A stretch of DNA of 64,000 nucleotides, taken from assembly GCF_009834535.1 (NCBI RefSeq), contig NC_045697.1, forward strand, positions 14,076,001 through 14,140,000. The letters run 5' to 3'. The stretch's first letter is position 1; each line of letters begins with the position of its first letter. Position numbers and translations under genes: made by a program. Shown here piece by piece: positions 26,255-39,382 of this stretch. The DNA is from Camelus ferus. Its lineage: Eukaryota. The notes beneath the pieces are model-generated. The model worked only from the letters and a program-made list of their open reading frames with translations, had not been told where the DNA came from and searched no databases.

Positions 26255-29200
26255 GTAAGTATTTTTTTTCTAATTTATACTATTTTTAAAAGAGTTATCC
26301 ACTTTCTGAATTTAACTTGTATTAAATAAAATGTCAGGCAAAAAATGATTAAAGCCCATACATCTTTATGCTTCCTTAGGAGAGCTCATAACAATAAGTT
26401 TTAAATTGTTTTCACAAGCTATCTGAAGAGACTGTCATTTAGAAGATGTCTTGAAACTGAAGTTGTTACCGAATTCATTCTTTAAACCTTTATGATTAAT
26501 CTTGTGAAACTGAAAGAAATTATTTGATTAAAAGGTATTTACAATGTATTTTCTTCCCTCCTACTGTCAGTTTATTTCAGTAACTCCTTTTTTGGTTGTT
26601 ATCAGTGTTTATTGGGAATGCAGAATATAAACTATTTTTTTTTCTGGAAAGAGTAGATAATATTTTCTTCTTAGAGATACTTGTGGCCCAGAGCTACAGC
26701 TTTTTAAAGTAGCTTTTAGATCACCATTTTCATTAAATGCCAACAGTATGAGAATGAGAAAATTGTCTTTCCCTTTGTGTGAATATTTTTCTTACATCTT
26801 TTCCCTCTTACACCTTTATGAAAGAATATATGTATAGCCTTCTTTAACAGCAAAATAAAGAACAAAGGAAAAGGAAACTATGTTTCTGTATTTTCCCTTG
26901 ACAAATCTTTAATCTACTGCCTCGTGTAGATGTGTTTTTCCAAGTGTGCATAGCTCAGTAGATATCAGATTTAAGATCACAGTGACAATCCTAATATTGT
27001 TGATATATATCTTAATAAATTTTAAAATACCATATTATCCTTTTAAAATGATGGGTTTTGACTGACTGTGAATCTAGGATGTAAAACATTTTCCTTAGCT
27101 TTTACATTAGTTTGGAATGGCGGCGGGGGAGCCCCTGTGTGCTGAGATTAACTATGAGGAATTCAGTATTTCTTAGCTAGTAGTAAACAGGGCAGGCATT
27201 TTTCAAGAATTAACTTACATTCGGAGTTCTTCATGGTGGGATCCAACAATATTTCTCCAGTAGCGAAAGTGAGACAGATGTTTCCCTTCCTCAGAGAAGA
27301 CGACTGTTCGTGTAGCTACAAGGGATGATCCCCATGTCTTCTCCTCAACATAAATGGTTTCTGTTTCAAATCTGTGATTTCTAAGTGTGCAGGTAAAGAC
27401 AGAAAAATACAGACTTCTAGGTATAAATGTGTAGAACCATCAAAATCCTGGTCCTCGGGTTTTACTAGCATTTACATGTTTAAGAGATCTTATTTGCTTT
27501 CTTTTTAATTGTCTCTAATGAAGACTTAGGGAAGTCATCAGATAGATTCAGAGATGTAGGGTGTTCAAAACTGTCTCTGTGTATTATGTCTGGTCAGAAC
27601 AACATATGTCACAACCCACCCCAGTTGCCTGTATGTCCCTGTGAAAGGATAGTAATGGCCAAAGTTGACCACCCTTTGGGAATGGCACTTGCAATCTTAT
27701 GATAGTATTGTTTCTAAGCCCTTAAAACAGGTGGCTTTTAATCTTAGTGAAGATATTTAGGGAACCCAAGTCTATAAGTAATCCTTCTCCCATATTTAAG
27801 GATGCATTTGGGAGTGAGATACCGGTCATGGTGGGATTCTTCCTTAATTCCTCTTTATTTATTCTCTAAAAAATGTGATTTTAAAAGTTTAGAGAGAAAA
27901 AGAAAAGTGAGATGCTCGCCAGCGTACTTTGAGGAATGCAGTGTTGACTTAGCAGGAATTTTGAAATATTTTTCTCCACATGCATCATTTTCCCCCCAAA
28001 TCTAAATGCAACTATTATGTGTACCATGAGATGAGTTTAGAACTGGAGTCTCAGAATCTTTCACTGTTTTCTGGATTTATAGACATGGCGAATCACTAAA
28101 CTTCACTGAGCCCTTTATAAGATGAATATAGTAGCTGCTTGCATTTGTTGTGGTTATTAGCGAAAGATAATGTGAAAAAAATCTTTTAAAACAGTAAAAT
28201 GCTATGAAATACAGTCTACTGTTTCATTAGTATTCACTAATCAAGTGCTAGAGGTTAGCACTGAAAAGGGCACACAGGAAGGAGACGGGAAAGTAAAACA
28301 GGAACTAATCTGCAGCCTGAGAAAGAGATACACTGGACCCGTGTTTATCCCGGGTCAACTAGACACCGAGCTACAAAACGCAACAAGAAAATACATCAGA
28401 AAGTACTAAATGAATATACATAAGACCTTCATTTGTAAACAAGTTATTCAGTGCTACAGGGACTGAGGAAAGAAACAGGTAACAGGATTGCTTGAAGTTA
28501 CCAGGAAATATTTTAGAAAAGAAAGACTGAAGGAAAACATATAAAGGACTCTACAAGGCTGGTTTATATCGTGTGTTGGTGAGTAGTGGTAGGTAAAGGT
28601 GAATTGAGAAAGAATTTATTAAGAGCAATGCAAAGCCTGCTGGTCTTACTGCCTTTCATTTCAGAGAATGAAAGGCCACGAGGACAACACTGAAACACCA
28701 CGGTGCATTTATAAGTTCATTTAATTAAATGGGATAATATTTACAATTTGCCAGAAGTTTACAGTTAAAAGGCATTTTGCTATAATTAAAAATAGTTCAG
28801 ACTACATTATTCAAAAAAAAAGTTCAATTGCCTGGGACTTTGTGTGAGGTTTAGTTTTATCATTAAAAGTTAAGAAAGATACCTGGTAAAAATATGTTAG
28901 AACTGAGAGTAAATTTTAATTCATATTATTATTAACATGGTAAATGGTCATCAAGTAATGACTTTAAAATAAAGTCCATAGATATTGACATTAATAATAT
29001 TATTAGTATTCAATATGAGAAGGAGAGGCACGGAGCTTTGGTCCTATCCGTCATTCCAGTGTGTGCGTTTATAACTTGGACAACCCGGCCTGGTGCCACG
29101 ATGGCTAGTGTTCTGAGTCATTCACAGAGTCAAAGAGGAAGAAGAAGGCTGCTCAGAAGGAATGTGTACTTTAGTTGCATCAAGCCGATACTTTGCAAAG

Positions 29201-32200
29201 CAGTGTCTAAAAGATCAGTTGGGTGCACTGTACTGGGTTTATTGGATTTACCCCCATTTTCAGGCCTTATTTAGAGCAAATTCCAGTGATCAGATTTTCA
29301 CTGGAAGCACTTGCTTTGATCGTGTGGATTGGCTAAATACGCTCAAGGCAGCGTCCTGACAACATGAAATTGATGCTGTGGAAATTTTGCAAATTAGCAG
29401 ATCTCATTCCTCTTCCTCCAGGCAAGCCACAATAAAACTATCCTAGACAGATGGACATTTATCTTGCTCTTAAACATCTTCAGAGAGAACTTCCCGTAAC
29501 TTTTTTGCTTACCTCTATTAATTTCCAAACTGGATTAAAACCCTTTCAACTTTATATTATTACCCAGTTTTCTCCAGTTGCAGCTTAAAACCATTTTCTT
29601 TTTCCTGGCATTTTAGACAGTGAGATCTGAGAATAACAAGATCATGTTAAAATATCAGCTAAATTATACTGTTTATCATAGTCGCTGGCAACGCTTCTGC
29701 ATAGGATCTACATCTGTGTTTTTAAACTCTCCAAACAAGTATGAATTCAAGTATCGATACCGTATCATTACCCAGTGATGCCTCACCAAAATGATAATCA
29801 ATGTTTATATGATTTTTCTTGATAAACTTTGTATATGTATTTAATATACTTAACACTGATTTATAAAGCCTTATCTCCTTCTGATCAATTCTTGAATGGA
29901 GACATGTTACACTGTTGTTTTGTTTTGTTTTGTTTTCAAGTATCTATGAGGCATTTCCATTTAATTGAATAATTTAGGAGAATATTCAGATTATACCTTA
30001 CTTTACTGCTGAGACTTGTAAACTTATTCTCTATGTATTTTATGAGTACAGAAAATTTCCCAGAGTCTTTTGTTTTTATGAGAAAATATTTCTAGTCATG
30101 CTACCCTAGGATTTAAGCAAAATGTACAAATATATGTACTTAAAAATTAAATAGATTGCTAATAGTTATTCACATCATGAAAGCAAACTCTAATATACTT
30201 TAACATCAGTTTCTTTTGTGAGTTCAGCCTGAATACTTAGAATGATTAAATTCCAACAAGCATTATTTTAGATATACTGTTTTTTCTTCTTTTTTTGTGT
30301 TGCAGTACATCCTCAAAATGTACTCTTTGTTCTACACTATACTGTTTACCATTCATAAATACATTATTTTCCCCTTTGCTTGCATTATACCAATTCCATT
30401 AAATTGTCATCTGTTATGAGTCACTCTCCTTTTCCAAGAAAACTCCCTGTTTTTGGTTAAAAAAATAGGCTAGGGAAAATATTTAAATCTGTTCTTTTTT
30501 AAACATACATTAATTTATACACAAGGGTTTAAGTTACAAGATGATTTAGCTTGGTTCTCTTTGAGTAAGTCATGGTATCATTTGGGAAACAAGAATGCAT
30601 GGCTGTGATTTTTAGGAAACAAATCACCCAATTTGGGATGCAGTGATTATTGGTTGTAAGATTTGGCAAATACGAGAGAGAGTTAATCTATATGTTGTTA
30701 CACAGCTGTTTCTATTATTTAGAAATTTCATTTTTTATGGAACTCTGTCATCTTTGATTTATTTTATTGATGGATCAATTAAAACCCATAGGAGGAAAAT
30801 TCACAGTTCTAAACTAGGTACACAGAAAGACATATATTTTGCAAAGTTTCACACTTCTCTGGTTTTAAATATCACTCTGCTGGTTTCCTTTCCTCTATCG
30901 TCTGCATACTTCATGATGCTAGGGAACAAAGGTTGCTCACCTAATATAGAATCAATATATAATAGTCAGATGAGTGTATTATATATTTTACCATTCAAAT
31001 GCAAGATGTTAGCTTCATCCTGTAAGTTAAGTCCTAATTAAAAAATGTCTAACATGATCAGCTACTTTTCCTGTTTAGTACATTACATTTCTTGTCATAC
31101 TTATGTGCATACTTTTTACATAATTATCCTAAAAATGAAATCCATTGATACCAAATTGAGATTGTAACTTTTAGTGCCCCCAGATCATTCCTAGAGTGTT
31201 TTCAGTGAGCCTGAGGCTGAAGGGACTTTGAAGAGGAGTTCAGTCTCTCACTTAAGGAGCCTGCTATCTTCAGTGTTAGTTTAATGCCATAATCAGGTCT
31301 TTGGTGAGACATAGAACCTTCTGAATGAGCAAACCTGTGTAGGGGGCTCTTCATTTAGACAGATAGCAAATGAAATTGAATTTTATACTACGAGGGCTAG
31401 ATGTCCTTTTAACATCCAAAATGCTGCTTGTGAACAAAAGGGACAACCGGCAACTGATGGTTGTCTGGGTTCTTAGTTGTAAAATGTGTCAGGAATTCAG
31501 CATGCGACACCATCAGTAACATGGGAACTGTCCGTGGTCCTATAATCTGCCTACTTTGAACTCACTCTATAAAAGCACACTGAATTGTGATAATCCCCGA
31601 CAACTGTTGTCAAATTTGCTACAAATAACCTCTCCAACTTTGTGCTTTGCTTCATCTCCAAGGTGCCTTAGCATTTTTTCTTCAGTGACGGCACTCTCTC
31701 ATATAAACGTGAATCTGTATAACGTACCTTTATAAACATTTTCCAGAACAAGAAAAAACAAAACAAAAAAACACAAGAAAATTTGATTGTTGGGATTCTA
31801 ACTCACATATGTATAAAATAGTAATTGGCAAGATATTTCTGTGGCTGCCACATTGTCCTTGAGACAGAATGGGTCTTTAGCTTTCTTGCTTACCCGACCC
31901 TAGACAGCCACACTTTGCTACCTCTGAACAATTACAATAACCTGCTGATTGAATTTCGATCTCCAGGTTATATTCTCATTAGATCATTTTAACATTGCAG
32001 CCAGATTGTTTTCATAATGCATTTTTTTTCATCCCATCACTACCTGGTTCAAAATTATTCAGTTTATTAAAACAAAAACGAAAACCCTTTGTTAAACGCA
32101 TTATGGCAAAGCCTTGGGGATTTAGCAGAATATTGTCATAGTTCTAAGGGGCCTATAGGAATATAGGCTCTTCCCTGAGAGAGCAGTGACTTTTATTGAT

Positions 32201-32679
32201 AAAGCAACATCTAGTCTCTGGTATCTATATACTGACTTGTCCCAGCATTCTGACTTCCAGGCAGGCTCCCAGCCTCCTCTCCCATTGAATCTGCACGTAA
32301 GTACTTTGTTCAAATCAAAATTGCCTCTCTCTTGCAGACATCAACTGTGAGCCTCTGCTCACAACTGTCCTTTGAACCTGGCCCCTCCAAAGGGAATACC
32401 CGCTTTTATTTTCTGTCTTACTGCATTCTACCCATTTTTTTAGGGATCAGGGTTTGTTTTGGTTTTAGTTTTCTTTTCCTCCCTCACATGTCATTATTTC
32501 TGCCTAGGGTAGCTCTTCTCTGAAATTCTGTAACATTCTTCATCAATAGGCCTCTTCCTTGAAACTTGGCCATTAGAAATTCAGCTGAAATCCCATTCAC
32601 AGAATGAATAGCTCCTGAATCTGTTTTCCTTGCCACCTCTGTATCTAGTGAGGGCTTCAGCAATATATACATTTAATTT

Positions 32680-32878
32680 GAATCGAGGTTTCACTAAATA
32701 TTTACTACCTGCTTTGAATAACTTATTGAACTTCCGTGAGCCTAAACTTTTTCATCTATATAATCAGAATGATGATAATACCTACCTTTTCAAGTTATTG
32801 TGAAGAATAATGAGATGAGTATATCTACAGACCTTGCCATTTACTAGGCATTCAATAAATATTAGCAATTATTATTGC
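32680..32878. mobile_element. MIR SINE
   Basis: gagcctaaactttttcatctatataatcagaatgatgataatacctacc...ttgtgaagaataatgagat...ggcattcaataaatattagc. Confidence 0.75.
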
Positions 32879-35800
32879 CGGTTTCAAGTTCCACCTCCCT
32901 TGATTACCAGAACATGAAAGTCAACTTTGTTTTTCCTCCAATCTCTATTACCATCTCACCTGCAGCTTTCTTTAGCCTTTTCCTAATTAATTATCAAATG
33001 GGTATTATCTATAAATTGTTCCAATAAAAAATGAGATTCTTTATTCCTATGAGAAAAATAAAATGTTTCTTGAAACACTGCGAAAGGATAAATTCTCAAA
33101 TAATGTAAATTATTTTGCACTCCTCAGAATAGTCCTTTCCTTGGCTATTTTCTTCACTAACGTCCAGGTTGACACAGATGTGCTTTTATGCCGAGGTAAA
33201 TGACATGGTTGCTGAAACTTCTTTCTAGGATATTCATTTCTATATGGATTAATTAAAATTATTCTTATGCCCTCTATGTAATGTAACTTAAATCTTGGAC
33301 TGGCTCTTAAACAATCATTACTGGCATTAGATTTGTATATTTAGACACTGATATTCACCTGAATTTTGTACACACAAGGGAAGAAACAGAAGAGACCCTG
33401 CCCATAGTCTTACCAGTATTTTTTTTCTTTTTCTCCCATTTGATTTATGTTTTATCAGATTTCTTTTCAAATAGCAAAGTGTTGTTTTTCCCTAGTATTG
33501 ATTCTAATTACTTTGCTGTGTTGTAAGTCAACTAAATTTTTGGAGTTTGCCATCTTACAGTAGTAATACAAACATGAACTAAACTTCTATTTTTCATACC
33601 CAAGAAAATCTGGAAAACTGGAACATAGTCATAATAATTTTGTTGAGACATTGAGAGACCCTGCCTGGCTTAGAAATTATTAAAGTTTTTTTTTAATATT
33701 CAGTATTGTTTCAGAGTTAAGTATATATTATGGCATTCTAATTCTTACAAAAAGAATATCAATTAGTAATAAGGTCTTATTACTCGGAAGCTGCACTGAA
33801 ATATGAATTTTCTATGGATAGGGACAGAACCAACTAAAGTTAATGCAAGAAGATAAGTTTCATGTATGTAATTCAAACAATATGATGTCTAAATTTTTTA
33901 AAAAATGAAAACTGGAAATTTCAAAAAAACTTAAAAGTAACAGAATGCAGTGTCTCCAGTTATATTTCAGGATGCCACGTAAGCAAACGTTCAACCTTCG
34001 CTGTCATTTTTTTTACGTTTATATTTAGCAACGTTATATATTGTCTCTCATACTGAGAGTTAATCAAAATCTGAAACTAGGCTGAATTATTTTTAGCATT
34101 AAAGAAAATCAGATCAGCTTTAGAAATTTTACGTGAGTGAGAGCTCTCTTAATAAAGACATACTGCATTGTATAAGACTAAATTTACCAGTGCCAGGAGA
34201 AAATAACACAGGCAGTCTCGAGTTATTCTAGAGCATCAGAAGAGGAGTGGTTACCGCTGCAAAAGGAATCATAGAATGTTAATGCTGAGAGAAACTTTAA
34301 AGATAATCTGTTTTTATAGCAACATCATTTTCATGAAATGAAAGATAAAGCAGTTGATTCTAAACACACATTTACAAACTAGGACAGTGAAGACTCAGAT
34401 TGGGGTGGGGGGATTTGGTATTAGAACAGGAGGAGGACTGAAGGTGGGAAATAAGGAGGAGAAGACACAGAAGTCTGTGCAGAGATGTGTGGGCTAAAGT
34501 CTGAAAGAAACCACCAACAGTATTGTCCGTACCACTCTTTCTCGCCAGAAAATAAGAAGAAGGCTTGCTCACTTCACCCTGGACTAATGAAGGACCCTGA
34601 AGCTCTCTCTAATGTACCGAGCGTTCTTATCATCCAAAGATCAACATATTTACTTACGTCTGGTCAATAGTTGTCACATTACTTTTTGGAGAAGTGAAAC
34701 GTATTTCCTCTTACTAATTCCTTAATTCAGAATAATTCCGTGGTACAATTTGTAATCACATTGTTTAGGGTCAGCACGTCACTGAACTTGTGGCTGAGAA
34801 CAGATCCTTTCCTGTTTACAGAAAGCAGAAGTGCCCGGGTTTTGGAAAGGTAGCAGAGGGGGACGTGAGCAGCGTGAGAGAAACAAGGTGCAGAAAAATT
34901 GCCCAGAAACCCTGAAATAAATTACACTTTTGCATCGTTTTGACACTGTTTGTCTTGAACCATATGCAGACAAATGGAGGTGTTTGTGCAGAGAGATTTT
35001 CTCATGAGCAGGCACACGAGTTCAACCCTTTCCATAAACACTCCTGTGAAGACGACAAAATCTACCCTGGGCTGAAAAAAACTATTTGCTGTAATTTTCA
35101 TTGTTCTTTCTTATGAGTAACATTTTCACAACTACCTTCCTTCTTAGAAGGTACTGGAACTGAGAGATGATGGCATTCAGAAAACTTTTAGGGAAAACTT
35201 TGGTCCTAGGAGAGCCAAAAAGCCTTAATGGTTTAGCACCGACAAGAGCTTTCTTAGATTTCTGTTCAGAATCAGAAGCAGCACATAACCACGAGCCGTG
35301 TTAAAGAGGGTGAAATTACGGAAGTTTCCAGCAGCATCTCAGCTCCGGGCAGTACACAGAAAGTAACCTGCCTCTCGGTACTTGTAGGATAAGATCTGCT
35401 TGAGTGCTTGCTTTCTGGCAAGCTAGGGCTTCCCCTTTGTGTATAGTATGCATGATTTAAAAGAAGCTGTGTCAGCACTGATTTATACATTGACAGCTAA
35501 GGATAATAAGATATGGGCAAACATACAGCTCACCCTTTTACAGATTAACCTGGAGACTGCATTAGGCAAATTTGATAGCATTAAAAGATTTTGCCAATTT
35601 GTCTGGAAACAATTTCTCTTTTGTAGTGTGTCAAGGGTAACACTTCATGCCATTGTGCTAATTTAAATGGCTTTGATAAATTGTTTAAGGGGGTTAGAGA
35701 ATAGTAGTGTAGATATATATTTAGCACTTTAAAATAAAAAAGGCTATTAACTTAATTGTTAAATGAATTTAATCTGTAAAAATCAAAAGTGCTCAAGAAT

Positions 35801-37583
35801 CTAAGTGTTTTCTTGGAACTACAGCAGCCATATTACATCATGAGTCTTTAAAAGTCTTCTTAGAAAATAAAATTATACTTCTGCATACTTCCTAATGAGC
35901 AGAAATGCTTTCGGCTGTTACAGTAGCATGGGTTCAAGCTGTTATTTGGGGAAAGCCTTAGTTTATACAAGCAATAAAATTGTATCTTCTCCAGGGCTCA
36001 CCTTTTTTATGTTACATGTCTTAGATTGTACCATTTGCATGGCATCAAGGTAGTCTCTTGTATGATTGTGTCCCCTGGAGACCTTCGTAAAAATGAGATG
36101 TATATTTCATGAGACATTCTCGGTGTACATAATTTCTAAAGTAAGGAATTTGAAGAGGCCCCACTGAAAGTCACTGGATTAAATCATTGCACCTTTATTC
36201 AGAAGTCTTATGAGAGAAATGGCAATTTAAACAGCTCCTTAAGATCAGACCTCCAATGGGAATGAACCCTTTCGTGAATTTTGAACTTGAAACAAGGACA
36301 AGATTCATTTGTATTATGATCATTGTCTTACCCTGTACATGTGCACCCCTTCCCGATGCATGGAGAGCTGACAGCTCACCTGCCTCTTTCATCAAACATT
36401 TTGTTTCTATCTCAAGTGAAGCATTAAAATACTTTTTCTTTACTGGAATAATAATATCGTTAAGCATCAAGCTACTGTATTTAAATAAAAACTGCTTTAA
36501 AAAAAAAAAAGGACAGTGCAGTGGAATTTAGTACTTGTCCATTTCAACCAAGTAAATTCCTTAATGTGAATAAGGAAATTTTAATTCCAAAAACAAGCGG
36601 CAGGAAAAAGCAAACAAGTTTGAAACAGCCTTTTTTTTTTTTTTTTGTCAATCATTGAATCCTAGCAAATGACCACTTAAACTGCTGGAAAAGATGTATT
36701 CATTTGAATTTTGCATTATTTAGAATGAACTGATACAGCTTTTAAACATTTTATTGCAGACACACGTAATATTTTAACAAAGTTGCTGCCATATATGTTT
36801 CTTAGTGTTTGGGGCTGAAATTAGCATCTTTGATAAAAGCAAACTTATTGAAAATTTCTTAAGATTTTAAAAACTTATTTTCTGGAGAGTGGTATAATTT
36901 GGGAAGTTACTTAACTGAAAAGCATGTCATGTTTGCAGTGCCGATAATTCGCATTTAATGCTAACAGTGCAAATTAGGGGAGTGGTGAAGCTTCATGTAA
37001 AATGACTGGTAGCTTTCTAAAGTGTATGCCTGGTTGCGAACAGCAAGGAGATAGCTGGGACATCATTTCTCTTTCTTGATTTGGAGTTCTTGAAGGAAAA
37101 CTGCTTTTAAAAGAAGAAAACCTAAAAGTAGTCTTGCTCTTTCTTGCCAAGGATAGTGAAATTAACATGCAGCTGGGCTTCTCTGATAAATGGATTCTGT
37201 TAGGTCACTGAGGGGGTGCATGTGACATTAAGTGATTTACAGTCCTTTACCTTAATGAAATTGTTTCAGCAAGATGACGCTGAAAGCTCTTAATGGATAG
37301 CTTTTCTTGATGTAATGAAATTGCATTCCTATGGCATTTAATATAAGGTGCAGTTATTATTTACTGGAGCTTTCCAGGGGCTGCTATTTGCACAGACAGT
37401 TCAGAACAAAAAGAGATTTCAGTGGCAGCACTGAAGCCAGAATGGCTTGTGACATTCTTAAGCGGATGAGTGTACGTGTGAGAGCTTTTCAGTTGGTGCA
37501 GCCAGGGCTCCAGGGGCCCTTCCTTTCACCTCACCCTGCCAGTGTCCAGTATTTCACATACATTCTTCTAATCTGTTTAACAG

Positions 37584-37655
37584 GCAGCTGGATTACAACC
37601 AGATCAGCTGTATTGAAGACGGGGCGTTTAGGGCTCTCCGGGACCTGGAAGTGCT
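37584..37655 (+). CDS. SLIT2: SLIT2 coding exon (approx. exon 6), one [26 protein letters not shown](L)
   Basis: Acceptor tttaacag, 72 nt, donor CT/gtaagt. Junction codon CT+G = Leu keeps frame with the previous exon. Confidence 0.97.
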
Positions 37656-39324
37656 GTAAGTACGGCGTGTTTCTCGTACTCTTTTAACGGGAGCTTTGTG
37701 TCTGGGGAGTGCTAATGTGGAAGCTTATCTGTTAGCTTAAAACCTTGTGTCAAAATGGTTTCCTAAAGACAAACCTTAAATAACTCAGCGAGTACAGAGA
37801 TGAGTTGAAATGTATGTGTGTGCAAAACCTTGCGTATCTTATCTGTATGCTTGGGTCAAATTGTCTAATTTAGGGAGGAAACCCAAATGTTCACATGTGT
37901 TGTCTTTAAGTATTTCTCCTTATAATAAAATAGTCTTATACACAGGATTCGTGAGAATTCCGAGTTGCTATATATCAAGGTAACATCAGTTGTATAGGAG
38001 AAATTACAACAAAAAATAAACCTTAGCAGCTGATACGTTGGTATATTTTAGTTGCTATACAATGGAAGGATATTTCTCATTTGAAAATGTCATCGTAACT
38101 AGATAACTTATCATCTTTGTAAGGTTATCTTGAAAAGTACTTTCTAATTTTAATAAGCTGCCCATTGGGTCCATTTTAAAGCCTTCACTACTGACTTTGT
38201 GAAGCACGACACAGATTTTAACTGTAATTGGCACTCTCTGTCTTTCCTTGCTGGGTAGACATGGCTGACAGAATTGGTTAGGGACAACTGAGTAAACTCT
38301 ACAGACCTTTGACTTAGAAAAGTAATTTTAATGAAATTGTAAATTTTAGTGAAAAATAAAATTAATGAAATCTAGAGTCACTAAAGCCGTTTAAGCTGCC
38401 TACACATTTCTGTAATTTTTCCCAAGGATTCCTATTTCTAACTTTTTCAGTACACTTACCAATTTCTCCCCACAATAAATTATCTTCTGTGCTATAAATC
38501 ATCGCTGACTCAATTTGTTCAGAAATCCAAAATTGAATTAAATGTGAAGTGATTTTAAATTTTTAGTCCATTCGTTAAAAGTTATCCAGACATCATGAAA
38601 TCCTCCTGAAAAACAAGAGATTCCATTGCTTTATACATTGAGTTTAAAGAGCAGAATGTAATTCTGAAAACAGTTGATTGTCTCAACTAGAATGGCTTAT
38701 TTGAGTATTATTTTCTAGGTGATTTTGGTTTTGATTGCGAGTAAATGAATAGAATTTCTAGCTGTGTCATGTGCTGCTAAGTTATTAATTTCTTTTAAAG
38801 AATTATGTAAGAATATGTTGGTTGAGATGAATTGTTCTGAGAATGTATACTGTTCTCTAACCACATAAGAGACCACCTTTGTTTCTGTTGATAACAACCT
38901 AACTTATTCTAAAGGAAAAACATTCAGTGCTTCTCATGCATGTTGTAATTATAAGGCCACTTCTTACATTGTGTTCCAGAGCCATTTTTAATATAGGAAG
39001 CTCGCTGATGCTATTTCAGAGTCAGAATCATTGGGGTACAACTGTGATTTCATGGTGGTCTGATGTCAAACCACAGTCAATGTCATGAATGTGCAGGGAC
39101 TACCGCAGGTGGTATGTAACTGAACAGAGAAGATCAAATCAAAGAATTTGTTGCTAAGTCAGTGTTCCTAACTAGGAATATGAATGACACCAGACATTTT
39201 ATGGAAGCCCTCCTGAATGTTTTGAATTAATTAAAATCCCTACATTTTTATTACATAAAAGAATTTAAAATACTTATCAGGTATAGAATAACTAATATAT
39301 ATGTAGTGAGGATATATTGAGTGT

Positions 39325-39382
39325 TTTATATATAGAGGGAGAGAGTCTATATATATATATATATGTAAAGAGAGAGAGAGAG
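39325..39382. repeat. Compound (TA)n/(AG)n microsatellite
   Basis: tatatatagagggagagagtctatatatatatatatatgtaaagagagagagagag. Confidence 0.75.

Noticed and set aside
37581..37587. Alternative acceptor CAG-G-CAG, 4 nt downstream of the used AG
   Set aside because: Use would frameshift the transcript and nothing in the sequence supports it.
37331..37687. 118-aa plus-strand ORF over the 37584 exon
   Set aside because: It is in a different frame from the SLIT2 peptide and has no recognisable product. The spliced frame explains the exon.
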